Assembly: GCA_003522145.1 (NCBI GenBank)
Contig: DPGD01000031.1
Span: forward strand, 11,227-75,226
Origin: Clostridiales bacterium
GTDB lineage: Bacteria > Bacillota > Clostridia > Oscillospirales > CAG-272
Length of the DNA stretch: 64,000 nt
Direction of reading: 5' to 3'
The stretch's first letter is position 1, and each line of letters begins with the position of its first letter. Below, piece after piece: positions 55,540 through 64,000 of the stretch. A program made the translations under genes and the position numbers. The notes under the pieces were generated by a model. That model was given only the letters and a program-made list of their open reading frames with translations, had not been told where the DNA came from and ran no database searches.

Positions 55540-56185
55540 CGAAGTGCGGGCCGATGAAAACATCCGGGTATACATTGCTGAATCTGACCGAACTCTTGCG
55601 GAGCTCGGCTTTACCGAACACAGTTTTGCCCATGTGACGGCAGTGGCCGAAAAAGCCGGATATATCCTTGAAACAATGGGATATCCGGTGCGGACGGTGG
55701 AATTGGCCAAGATTGCCGGGTATCTGCATGACATCGGGAATCTGGTGAACCGGGTGGATCACAGCCAGAGCGGAGCGGTAATGGCCTTCCGGCTCTTGGA
55801 TAAAATGAATTTTCCGGCTAATGAAATTGCCGAAATTACAGCCGCCATCGGCAACCACGACGAAGGCACCGGGGTGCCGGTCAGCCCTCTAGCGGCGGCA
55901 CTGATCCTAGCGGACAAGTCCGATGTGCGCCGCACCAGAGTCCGGAATCCGGATACTTCCAAATTCGACATTCATGACCGGGTCAACTATTCGGTGACAA
56001 AAGCCGAGTTGAAGATCAACGAGGCTCATACGCTGATCAAGCTGAAGCTGACCGTGGATACCCACATGGGGTCGGTGATGGATTATTTTGAGATTTTTCT
56101 GAATCGGATGATCCTTTGCCGGAAGGCGGCGGAAAAGCTGGGACTTCAGTTTAAATTGATGATCAACGAGCAACAGCTGATCTGA
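55529..56185 (+). CDS. HD-domain phosphohydrolase-like protein
   Basis: H...HD metal motif (HSFAHV...GYLHDIGN...GNHD). The start overlaps the phoR-like 3' end by 11 nt. A terminator follows. Confidence 0.8.
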   Translation: MTYNEVRADENIRVYIAESDRTLAELGFTEHSFAHVTAVAEKAGYILETMGYPVRTVELAKIAGYLHDIGNLVNRVDHSQSGAVMAFRLLDKMNFPANEIAEITAAIGNHDEGTGVPVSPLAAALILADKSDVRRTRVRNPDTSKFDIHDRVNYSVTKAELKINEAHTLIKLKLTVDTHMGSVMDYFEIFLNRMILCRKAAEKLGLQFKLMINEQQLI

Positions 56186-56210
56186 ATAGAGAACACCATA
56201 ATAAATTCAA

Positions 56211-56246
56211 GGAGCACAGTCACGCCCACTGTGCTCCTTTGATTTT
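56211..56246 (+). terminator. Intrinsic terminator after the HD-domain gene (end of the phoP-phoR-HD unit)
   Basis: GGAGCACAGT (56211-56220) pairs with ACTGTGCTCC (56228-56237), followed by TTTGATTTT. Confidence 0.8.
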
Positions 56247-56298
56247 ACATGAACTTTACACGGATTTGATTCCCGACTTTACATTGAAACAATAGAAT
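56244..56298 (+). promoter_or_regulatory. PhoP-box-like direct repeats plus a -10 element upstream of the Na/Pi transporter gene
   Basis: TTTACA at 56244-56249, 56255-56260 (11 bp later) and 56278-56283. A degenerate TTTGAT lies at 56265-56270. TAGAAT at 56293-56298 with no conventional -35 box. Confidence 0.55.
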
Positions 56299-56331
56299 AG
56301 AGTGCGAATAATTGGAAACATGGAGATGAAT

Positions 56332-58077
56332 ATGGATATTTTTGATGTTTTGACGCTTTTGGGAGGACTTTGTCTCTTTCTGTTCGGAATGAATATTATG
56401 GGACAGGCGCTGGAACGGCGTGCGGGAGGAAAACTACGGAATATTCTCAGCAAAATGACCTCCAACAAGGGCACCGGATTTTTGACCGGGTGCGGCGTGA
56501 CCGCAATTATACAAAGCTCCTCTGCCACAACCGTGATGGTGGTCGGTTTTGTGAATTCCGGACTGATGACTCTACATCAGTCCATCAGCGTGATTATGGG
56601 TGCCAATGTTGGAACCACCGTCACCAGCTGGATCCTTTCTCTTGGAGGGATTGACGGAAACAGCATTTTTGTAAAAATGTTGAAGCCCACTTCCTTCACG
56701 CCGATTTTAGCGTTAACCGGACTGGTGCTGTATATGTTTTTCAAGCAGTCCCAAAAAAAGGATACCGGCATGATTCTTTTGAGCTTTGCGACTCTGATGT
56801 CCGGCATGGAAACCATGACTTCAGCCGTCAGCGGACTGGCGGAGGTTCCAGCCTTTCGAAATTTGTTTGTGGCCTTTGAAAATCCGATTCTCGGTCTTTT
56901 GGTGGGAGCGCTTCTAACTGCCATTATACAATCCAGTTCTGCTTCGGTGGGCATACTGCAGGCTCTTGCCGCTACAGGACAAATTTCCTACAGCGCTGCT
57001 GTCCCCATCATTATGGGGCAAAATATCGGAACCTGCGTCACTGCTTTGATTTCCTCCATCGGTGCCAACAAGAACGCCAAAAGGGCGGCTTTTGTACATC
57101 TCTCCTTCAATGTAGTGGGTGCCACCCTGCTTCTGTCGGTCTTCTCTGTTTTAAAAACGGTTTTTGCTCCTTCCATTCTTCAGGATTCCGCTTCTTCTTT
57201 CGGCATTGCCGTGGCTCATACGGCCTTTAATCTTCTCTGTGTTGCCATTTTAATGCCTTTTTCCGCCCTTCTCGAAAAGCTGGCACTGAAGGTGATCAAG
57301 GAGCCTGAAAATCCGGAAAAAACCACAAAATTGGACGAGCGGCTTTTAGCCACCCCGCCCCTTGCTTTGGCCCAGTGCAGAGAAGTCACGGTAAATATGG
57401 CGGAAAAATCGGTGAAGGCACTGAAAAACAGCCTGTATTCGGTGACGAATTACTCAAAAGAGTTAGCCCAGTCCATCCGGCAGGATGAAACCGATACCGA
57501 CCACGACGAGGATATTTTGGGCACTTATCTGATCCGACTCAGTTCTGAAAAGATGAATCTGCCGGATAGCGAGGAAGCGACCGAATTATTGAAAATGATC
57601 GGAGATTTTGAGCGAATTGCCGACCATGCCGTGAACATCCTTGAGTCCTCCGAGGAGTTACGAGAGAAAAAGAGAACGCTCAGCGAAGAGGCTGTAAAAG
57701 AATTCGAGGTGCTTGCCGGCGCTGTTTCCGAAATACTGGATATGACCCTTCACGCCTTCAGGGAGCGGGATCTGAAAACAGCCATGGATGTGGAGCCCTT
57801 GGAGCAGGTGATTGACCAACTGAAGGAACAGCTGCGCACCAGACATATTCTGCGGATGCAGCAGGGAAGGTGCAGTGTGGAGTCGGGTTTTGTGCTTTCC
57901 GATCTTCTGACCAATCTGGAGCGCACCTCCGACCACTGCTCCAATATCGCCGGGTGCCTGATTGATACGGCGCACCACAATCTGAATCTGCACGAAACGC
58001 TCAGCGCCGCCAAAACCTCCGGCAACGGATTTGAAGAAAAATACAGGGCGTATGCCGGAAAATATACTCTGGACTGA
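56332..58077 (+). CDS. Na+/phosphate cotransporter family protein (NptA-like) with a C-terminal PhoU-like domain
   Basis: Duplicated Na/Pi transporter repeats (IIQSSSATT / IIQSSSASV) and a PhoU-like helical C-terminus. The start is among ATG 56320, 56326 and 56332. The ORF-track GTG at 56302 falls at the predicted transcription start. Confidence 0.88.
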   Translation: MDIFDVLTLLGGLCLFLFGMNIMGQALERRAGGKLRNILSKMTSNKGTGFLTGCGVTAIIQSSSATTVMVVGFVNSGLMTLHQSISVIMGANVGTTVTSWILSLGGIDGNSIFVKMLKPTSFTPILALTGLVLYMFFKQSQKKDTGMILLSFATLMSGMETMTSAVSGLAEVPAFRNLFVAFENPILGLLVGALLTAIIQSSSASVGILQALAATGQISYSAAVPIIMGQNIGTCVTALISSIGANKNAKRAAFVHLSFNVVGATLLLSVFSVLKTVFAPSILQDSASSFGIAVAHTAFNLLCVAILMPFSALLEKLALKVIKEPENPEKTTKLDERLLATPPLALAQCREVTVNMAEKSVKALKNSLYSVTNYSKELAQSIRQDETDTDHDEDILGTYLIRLSSEKMNLPDSEEATELLKMIGDFERIADHAVNILESSEELREKKRTLSEEAVKEFEVLAGAVSEILDMTLHAFRERDLKTAMDVEPLEQVIDQLKEQLRTRHILRMQQGRCSVESGFVLSDLLTNLERTSDHCSNIAGCLIDTAHHNLNLHETLSAAKTSGNGFEEKYRAYAGKYTLD

Positions 58078-58090
58078 AACTGCCGCCTTT

Positions 58091-58146
58091 TGCGCAATTT
58101 TTCCCGTTGGAAATGTCCGATTCGGGAATGTTGCGCATTTTTTCTT
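58091..58146 (+). terminator. Intrinsic terminator after the Na/Pi transporter gene
   Basis: Long interrupted hairpin (TGCGCAA...TTCCCG / CGGGAA...TTGCGCA), followed by a run of 7 T. Confidence 0.75.
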
Positions 58147-58156
58147 GCTTTTCCAC

Positions 58157-58185
58157 TTGATTTCTCAGAGGAGAAATGGTATACT
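58157..58185 (+). promoter_or_regulatory. Sigma-A-type promoter for the PfkB-like gene (TTGATT-17-TATACT with TGn extension)
   Basis: TTGATT at 58157-58162 and TGgTATACT ending at 58185, with a 17 nt spacer. Confidence 0.6.
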
Positions 58186-58231
58186 TATCCTGTAAAGGTT
58201 TACATTTTTGCTGTGAGGAGGATTTGCCTGT

Positions 58232-59182
58232 ATGAACCCGAAAGTGCTGACAGTAGGCAGCGCCTACTTTTCCATGAATCTGGAGATACCTGCCGTCCCC
58301 CCCTCCGGAGGAAGTACAAAAATCAAGAAATACATCCGTTATCCCGACGGGAGCGGTGTAAACACGGCGATCGCCCTGCAAAAACTGGATACGAATTGCA
58401 TCTTAGTGACTTCCGTAGGCGGAGACTCCGGCGGAAAAACGGTATACAATTTTCTTTCTTCCTATCTCAACAATATGCTGACCGTTCATGTGGAAAAAGG
58501 GGAATCGGTGGGAACCATTTTCAATCTGGACGATGTGGACGGCGGCAGGAGAAGGCTGGTTTTTGAGGGCGCCAATAATTTTCTCACAACCGATATGGTG
58601 GAGGATGCCTTTTCCTCCTGCCCGGATGCGGTGATTGTCAACGGCGATATGCCTCAGGAGATCGTCTATACCGCCATTCTTGCCGCCAACACGCATGGCG
58701 TGCCCACTCTTGTGAATCTGCAGGGCAAACAGGCGGCACGGTTGCCAGTGGATCAGTTCGGAAACGGTACGATTCTGGTGATGGATCAGTCAAATGCGCA
58801 GCGCTACTGCGGTATGCGGGTGGATACGGTGGAGGATTGTCTGAAGGCCTGCATTTCCCTTGCCGGAAGGGTCAAATCCAAGTATTTCATCATCCGGCTT
58901 GAAGGTAAGGGCGCCTTTGCCTACAACGGGAAATACTACTACTTTGTCCCGAATTACGATTTTATTGCCGCTGACGAGCGCGGCGGAACCGAATTCTACA
59001 ATGTGGCTCTGCTGATCCGGTATATGATCGAAGGAGACATCCGCATGGCCTGCGAATTTGCGGCTGTTTCCGAAACAGTTGCCATGCTGCGCAAGGGAGG
59101 AGCTACCAATCTTCCCGACTACGAGGACATTAAAAAATTCATTGTGGACAATGAACTGGATGCCCGGCTTCTGATAGGTTAA
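58232..59182 (+). CDS. PfkB-family (ribokinase-like) sugar kinase homologue with a substituted catalytic motif
   Basis: N-terminal DGSGVNTAIAL (GG-type motif) and overall PfkB layout. The C-terminal motif reads DERGGTE where D-T-x-G-A-G-D is expected (58973-58993). Confidence 0.7.
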   Translation: MNPKVLTVGSAYFSMNLEIPAVPPSGGSTKIKKYIRYPDGSGVNTAIALQKLDTNCILVTSVGGDSGGKTVYNFLSSYLNNMLTVHVEKGESVGTIFNLDDVDGGRRRLVFEGANNFLTTDMVEDAFSSCPDAVIVNGDMPQEIVYTAILAANTHGVPTLVNLQGKQAARLPVDQFGNGTILVMDQSNAQRYCGMRVDTVEDCLKACISLAGRVKSKYFIIRLEGKGAFAYNGKYYYFVPNYDFIAADERGGTEFYNVALLIRYMIEGDIRMACEFAAVSETVAMLRKGGATNLPDYEDIKKFIVDNELDARLLIG

Positions 59183-59197
59183 AGGAGAAGAGTACCC

Positions 59198-60154
59198 ATG
59201 CTGGAAGAAAAAAGTTTTTTGAGCGCCGATAAAGAAACAACCATTGCCTACTATGTGTTCACCCCCGAAGATCAGTCTCCCTTTGCCATTTTGCAGATCT
59301 GCCACGGAATGGCCGAATACCTTTTGCGCTACAGGGATTTTGCCGAATTTCTCAACCGGAAGGGCATTGTGGTCTGCGGGTGCGACCACAAGGGCCACGG
59401 CAAAAGCATCGGAGAAAACGGAACGGCCGGGTACTTCGGCAAAGGGGAGGCTCTGGATGTTCTCGTTAAGGATCAGGTGAATCTTGTAGGAATTATGCGG
59501 AAGAAATACCGCTACCTGCCCTATGTGCTGTTAGGGCACAGCATGGGCTCCTTTATTGCCCGGCGCATTGCCGCAGAGTATACAGGGCTTTTGGACGGCG
59601 TTATAATATGCAGTACCGCCGGCCCTCAGACCCCCGCAGGTGCGGGAAAGCTCCTTGCTTCGGCGGTGGAAAAATTCACGGCGGAAAAAAAGCCCTGTCC
59701 CTTTATCGGAAAGGTCGCATTTGCGGGATACAACAAAAAAACAGGAAGCAACATTCCGAACAGTTGGCTTTCAAGGGATGGGAAGATCGTGGAGGCCTAT
59801 AACAACGATCCCCTTTGCGGCTTTGCCTTTACGCCTTCTGCCTACAGGCAGTTGTTTGAGTGTATTAAAAAGGTAAACGCTCCCGAATGGTTTGATTCTG
59901 TGGATAAAAGCCTTCCGGTGCTGGTGGCCTGCGGAGACGCCGACCCTGTGGGCAGCTATGGAGAAGGGCCCAAAGCCGTATACGAGGGGCTTTTAGACGC
60001 TGAGCTGTGCGATGTCCGTTTGAAGGTGTACCCCGAAGGACGGCACGAAATCCTGAACGAACTCGGGAAGGAAGAGGTTTATAACGATTTCTGTACCTTT
60101 ATTTCCGAGGTCGCTCAGGGCGTTGTAGAGTCGAGAAACAGCTCTTCGGTCTGA
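59198..60154 (+). CDS. Alpha/beta hydrolase (lysophospholipase/monoacylglycerol lipase-like)
   Basis: HGMAE oxyanion region, nucleophile elbow GHSMGS and C-terminal GRHEI. Confidence 0.85.
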   Translation: MLEEKSFLSADKETTIAYYVFTPEDQSPFAILQICHGMAEYLLRYRDFAEFLNRKGIVVCGCDHKGHGKSIGENGTAGYFGKGEALDVLVKDQVNLVGIMRKKYRYLPYVLLGHSMGSFIARRIAAEYTGLLDGVIICSTAGPQTPAGAGKLLASAVEKFTAEKKPCPFIGKVAFAGYNKKTGSNIPNSWLSRDGKIVEAYNNDPLCGFAFTPSAYRQLFECIKKVNAPEWFDSVDKSLPVLVACGDADPVGSYGEGPKAVYEGLLDAELCDVRLKVYPEGRHEILNELGKEEVYNDFCTFISEVAQGVVESRNSSSV

Positions 60155-60167
60155 GAAAGGAAAAACT

Positions 60168-60590
60168 TTGGCAAGAATTCTCGGTATAGATGCGGGGGAT
60201 GTGCGCACGGGCGTGGCGCTGTCCGATCCCGGTGAATTTATGGCGTCAGGATTGTGCACCCTGACAGAATACAGCGAGGAGAGGCTCATTGACCGGCTGT
60301 GCGCTCTGATCGCTTTGCACAATGCAGAAAAGGTGGTCTTAGGACTTCCGGTAAATATGGACGGTACCAAGGGTTTCCGAGCCGAAAAAGTGGAGGCTTT
60401 TGCCGCAAAATTGCAGGAAGCCTGCCGGAAAGAAGTGATTCTGTACGACGAACGCTGTTCCACCATGATGGCCCATACCATTCTGAACGAGAGCAATGTG
60501 CGTGGAAAGAAGCGGAAACAAACGGTGGATACGCTCTCTGCCGAAATCATTTTGCAGAACTATTTGGACAAAAAACGAAACGGAAAATAA
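60168..60590 (+). CDS. ruvX: Holliday junction resolvase-like protein RuvX (YqgF)
   Basis: ILGIDAGDVRTGVALSD N-terminus and DERCST motif. TTG start with an AAAGGA RBS. Confidence 0.9.
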   Translation: MARILGIDAGDVRTGVALSDPGEFMASGLCTLTEYSEERLIDRLCALIALHNAEKVVLGLPVNMDGTKGFRAEKVEAFAAKLQEACRKEVILYDERCSTMMAHTILNESNVRGKKRKQTVDTLSAEIILQNYLDKKRNGK

Positions 60591-60610
60591 GAAAGCGGGC
60601 ATTTTGGAGC

Positions 60611-61678
60611 ATGGAAAGCGAAAAAACAGACCTTCTGTCTTTGACTCTGCCGGAGGTGGTTCAATGGGTAAAGACCATAGGACAGCCGGCATATCGGGGA
60701 AAACAGATTTATCAATGGATGTATAAAGGCGTTGCCTTTTCAGACATGGTGAATCTTCCTCTTTCTCTGCGCACCATGCTCGCAGAAAAGGCTCTGGATG
60801 TTTTGCCGAAGGTCAAAGAGCGCTATATTTCTTCCATAGACGGCACGAACAAATTTCTTTTTGAACTCTATGACGGGCAATTGGTGGAAAGCGTGGTCAT
60901 GTTCTACGAGCACGGACTGAGCATCTGCATTTCCAGTCAGGCCGGCTGCCGCATGGGCTGTAGGTTCTGCGCCTCCACGCTGAACGGGAAAGACCGGGAT
61001 CTGCTCCCCTCGGAGCTGCTTGGTCAGATCATCGTTGCCCAAAGGGAAGTGGGGAAGCGGATCTCCAATGTGGTGATGATGGGAATCGGCGAACCGCTTG
61101 ACAACTATGACCATGTCCTTCGTTTCCTGCATCTGGTAAGCGAAGAGGCGGGGCTGAACATCGGTGCCCGGCACATTTCGCTGTCCACCTGCGGTCTGGT
61201 GGACAAAATCCGGATGCTTCAAAAGGAAAATCTGCAGATCACCCTGTCGGTATCCCTCCATGCATACGATGACCGGAAGCGCAGTGCCATCATGCCGGTA
61301 AACAATAAGTGGAATATTGACGCACTGCTGAAGGCCTGTGCCGACTATTTCAAAGCCACCGGCCGAAGGATCTCCTTTGAATACACTTTGATTTCCGGCG
61401 TAAACGACGATCCGGAGGGGGCAGAAAAATTAGCGGCTCTTTTGCACCGCTATATGGGCAGAATGCCCGTTCATGTCAATCTGATTCCGGTAAACCCCGT
61501 GAAGGAGCGGGGCTTTGACCGGGGAACGACCGAACAAATCGAGAACTTCAAGAACACATTGATCAAGCACGGGATCAACGCAACGGTCAGAAGAAAGCTG
61601 GGCGCAGACATTGATGCTTCCTGCGGTCAGCTCCGGCACGAAAAAGGACTTCCTGAGGGAAAGGAGGACGGCGAATGA
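60611..61678 (+). CDS. rlmN: 23S rRNA/tRNA (adenine-C2)-methyltransferase RlmN (radical SAM)
   Basis: YRGKQIYQWMY N-terminus and CxxxCxxC (CRMGCRFC). The ORF-track extension to 60299 overlaps ruvX and is rejected. Confidence 0.93.
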   Translation: MESEKTDLLSLTLPEVVQWVKTIGQPAYRGKQIYQWMYKGVAFSDMVNLPLSLRTMLAEKALDVLPKVKERYISSIDGTNKFLFELYDGQLVESVVMFYEHGLSICISSQAGCRMGCRFCASTLNGKDRDLLPSELLGQIIVAQREVGKRISNVVMMGIGEPLDNYDHVLRFLHLVSEEAGLNIGARHISLSTCGLVDKIRMLQKENLQITLSVSLHAYDDRKRSAIMPVNNKWNIDALLKACADYFKATGRRISFEYTLISGVNDDPEGAEKLAALLHRYMGRMPVHVNLIPVNPVKERGFDRGTTEQIENFKNTLIKHGINATVRRKLGADIDASCGQLRHEKGLPEGKEDGE

Positions 61679-62433
61679 AAGGATTCGGATTAAGCGATGT
61701 TGGCAAGAAGCGTCTGGTGAATCAGGACAGCTTTTACGGCAAAGAGCTATCGGACGATTGCTTCTATGCGGTCGTTTGCGACGGAATGGGCGGTGCCGCC
61801 GGCGGGGGAGTGGCCAGCTCCATTGCCAAGGATGTGTATTGTACGGAATTGGAAAAGCGGCTGAAGCTGTATTTTGAGACCAAAGAGGGCAGTGCGGCTA
61901 CCGTGCTTCCCCGGATGATGCGGGAATCCGTTCAGGTCTGCAATTCCTTTACCTACGAGCTTTCAGAGGGCGATCGCTCGCTGAAGGGCATGGGTACGAC
62001 GCTTGTGTCCGCCTTGGTGTACAAGTCCCAGATTTTTCTCTGCAATGTGGGGGACAGCCGGGCATACGGCTTTTCCGAAAAGAAGTCGGTTCAGTTGACA
62101 AAGGATCATTCCTTTGTGCAGGAATTGATCGACTGCGGAAAAATGACCGAAAAAGAAGCCAAAAAAAGCACACAGAAAAATATAATCACCAGAGCTATAG
62201 GCGTTGGAAAAACCGTGAAACCGGATAGTTTTGTTTTTGAACGGAAAGACTTCCGGTATCTGATGCTTTGCACAGACGGATTAAGCAACGATCTGGAGAA
62301 AAAGGATCTGCACCGGATTCTCTTTGAGCCGGAAGAGATACTCTCTTTTGAAAAGAAGGTTCAGTTCATGGTCAGTCTGGCCAATGAGCGGGGCGGCAAG
62401 GACAATATTACCGCCTATCTGATTGCGCTCTAA
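61675..62433 (+). CDS. prpC: PP2C-family Ser/Thr protein phosphatase (Stp/PrpC)
   Basis: SDVGKKRLVNQDSF, VCDGMGG and GGKDNITA motifs. ATGA overlap with rlmN. Precedes the PASTA kinase gene. Confidence 0.92.
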   Translation: MKGFGLSDVGKKRLVNQDSFYGKELSDDCFYAVVCDGMGGAAGGGVASSIAKDVYCTELEKRLKLYFETKEGSAATVLPRMMRESVQVCNSFTYELSEGDRSLKGMGTTLVSALVYKSQIFLCNVGDSRAYGFSEKKSVQLTKDHSFVQELIDCGKMTEKEAKKSTQKNIITRAIGVGKTVKPDSFVFERKDFRYLMLCTDGLSNDLEKKDLHRILFEPEEILSFEKKVQFMVSLANERGGKDNITAYLIAL

Positions 62434-62472
62434 AACAGAAGAAAGGATGCCTGCAGGGCAATAGGTGGCTCA

Positions 62473-64000
62473 ATGAACCACTACGAACAGTATATCGGGC
62501 AGATTCTTGACGGGAGATACCGCATAAATGCACTGCTCGGTGTAGGAGGCATGGCGGCGGTGTTGGTGGCCAAAGACCTGAAAACCAACCGGAATGTTGC
62601 CATCAAAATGCTGAAAGAGGATTATGCAAACTTCAAGCAGGCCGTTCTCCGTTTTATCAACGAGGGAAAGGCCGTGGCCATGCTGGATCATGAGAACATC
62701 GTGAAGATTTACGATGTGGTCGTGACAGATAAAGAAAAATATCTGGTCATGAAGTATATCGAAGGCGAGACTCTGCGCAGTTATATGGATCGGATGGGGC
62801 CTCTGCCTTTTGAAAAGGCCGTGGACATTCTTGCCCAGATTCTGACGGCTCTGGATCATGCACACCGGAAGGGGATTGTACACAGGGACATAAAACCTCA
62901 GAATGTGATGATTCTGAAAAGCGGAAAGGTGATCCTGACCGATTTCGGTATTGCCCAGATTGCCGGGGGAAATACGGTGATCGACGATAAGGCCATTGGC
63001 ACGGTCTACTATATCAGCCCGGAACAGGCCAGCGGAGAACCGATCGACGCCCGGAGCGACCTCTATTCTTTAGGTGCAATGGCCTTTGAGATGCTGACCG
63101 GAAAACTGCCCTTTTATGCCGACAGTGCCGTTTCGGTAGCGCTGATGCAGATCAACAGCCAGGCGCCCTCTCCGAGAGAGTATCTGCCGACGATTCCGGT
63201 GGGCATGGAGCAGATCATTCTCTTTGCCATGGCCAAAAGTCCGAAGGAGCGGTTTCAGAGTGCCGGGCAGATGCTGCTCTACCTGAACACGCTGAAGGCC
63301 GATCCCTTTGCGGAATTTGCCGTATCGCCCAAAGAGCAATACCGGAATGCTCTGGAAGAAGAACGCAAAGCCGGTGAAGCAAGAAAAAAAGCGGAAGCAG
63401 AAGCAAAAGAGACCGAGAAACCGAAACAAAATGTCAAAACGGTACGGGGAGACAGTTGGTCGCCCATGCCGGTCATTTTGGGTGTGCTTACCAGCTTTTT
63501 TATCGTTCTGATGGTCGCAGGCTACTATTTTGTTGAGAATATCTTTCTTAAAAGCGAGCTGAATGTTTTTGCCGATAATTCAGGCGAAAATGTAAAAGTC
63601 GAGAATTTTGTCGGAAAGCCCTTCGGCAAAACCGAAAAGGAATATGTATTGAACGACCTTCGCTACAAAGAAGTCATTATCAAGGACGAAGATCAGAAGA
63701 GCTACAATGCAACCGTTCCGAAGGGCTCTGTGACCAGACAGGAGCCTGCAGCAGGAAAGACCTATAAGCTGAGCAATCTGACGCTGACCGTATATATCAG
63801 TAAGGGAGCCGGGGAAGAGCAGGAAAATCTTTTTCCCGACTACACTATGCAGGATTACAGAATTGTAAGGAGCGAGCTCAGCTCCAAATTCAAAGTTCAG
63901 ACCGTCCCGGTGACTACAGCAACCGCCACTGAGAATAAGATTGTTCGACAGGAACCGGAAGCAGGGAGCCGGATCACCGAAGGAATGATCGTCATTCTGT
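62473..64000 (+). CDS. prkC: Ser/Thr protein kinase with PASTA repeats (PrkC-like); the 3' end lies outside the window
   Basis: My own translation gives MNHYEQYIGQILDGRYRINALLGVGGMAAVLVAKD...HRDIKPQN...DFGIA, a TM segment near 63470-63530, then PASTA-like repeats. The frame is open to base 64000. Confidence 0.9.
   Translation, partial: MNHYEQYIGQILDGRYRINALLGVGGMAAVLVAKDLKTNRNVAIKMLKEDYANFKQAVLRFINEGKAVAMLDHENIVKIYDVVVTDKEKYLVMKYIEGETLRSYMDRMGPLPFEKAVDILAQILTALDHAHRKGIVHRDIKPQNVMILKSGKVILTDFGIAQIAGGNTVIDDKAIGTVYYISPEQASGEPIDARSDLYSLGAMAFEMLTGKLPFYADSAVSVALMQINSQAPSPREYLPTIPVGMEQIILFAMAKSPKERFQSAGQMLLYLNTLKADPFAEFAVSPKEQYRNALEEERKAGEARKKAEAEAKETEKPKQNVKTVRGDSWSPMPVILGVLTSFFIVLMVAGYYFVENIFLKSELNVFADNSGENVKVENFVGKPFGKTEKEYVLNDLRYKEVIIKDEDQKSYNATVPKGSVTRQEPAAGKTYKLSNLTLTVYISKGAGEEQENLFPDYTMQDYRIVRSELSSKFKVQTVPVTTATATENKIVRQEPEAGSRITEGMIVIL

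Noticed and set aside
1-64000. A search by eye for CRISPR arrays, rRNA genes, IS elements, integrases, toxin-antitoxin pairs and known defence-system genes.
   Set aside because: I saw no regularly spaced repeats, no transposase, integrase or recombinase-like translations, and no defence hallmarks in any listed ORF. Small or highly divergent elements could have escaped visual inspection.

Overview
This 64 kb window looks like core chromosome of a spore-forming Firmicute of class Clostridia. That assignment is inferred from gene content and synteny; no search was run. I call 59 protein-coding genes (the first and last are cut by the window edges) and one tRNA-Arg(ACG). I found no rRNA, CRISPR array, transposase, integrase or obvious prophage.

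Most genes are housekeeping genes in familiar blocks:
- dnaE 3' end, class A PBP and a D,D-carboxypeptidase, then pgi
- rpe-ispF-ispD, divergent from cdaA-cdaR
- recJ-relA-dtd-hemZ
- the sporulation/division block yabM(spoVB-like)-mazG(yabN)-yabO-yabP-yabQ-divIC
- a complete glycogen operon, glgB-C-D-A-P plus a GH13 enzyme
- spoIIID, then sufC-sufBD
- a Pho module: phoP/phoR-like genes, an HD-domain gene and a Na/Pi transporter
- ruvX-rlmN-stp-prkC

Many genes carry near-consensus sigma-A promoters with 17 bp spacers. Two genes (yabP and spoIIID) carry sigma-E-type promoters. Several clean intrinsic terminators are visible.

Nothing here resembles a known defence or mobile system. The parts worth a second look are:
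1. An orphan RnfC-like/RnfD-like pair with no RnfG/E/A/B. Both cofactor motifs look degenerate, and a stand-alone Sfp-type PPTase follows it.
2. A monocistronic 281 aa protein with 27 cysteines, 12 of them within 28 residues. It sits next to a monocistronic 135 aa mini P-loop protein.
3. A small islet of surface and membrane proteins beside the tRNA-Arg gene. It includes a roughly 350 bp non-coding gap and a decayed 16-20 bp tandem repeat.
4. A PhoP-box-like array upstream of the Na/Pi transporter.
5. Several enzymes with unusual features: a lipoprotein-type VanX-like dipeptidase, a PfkB-like protein with a substituted catalytic motif, and a Cys-rich tail on the PBP.

All calls come from reading the sequence and the supplied translations. 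No database search, HMM, folding or composition calculation was run.
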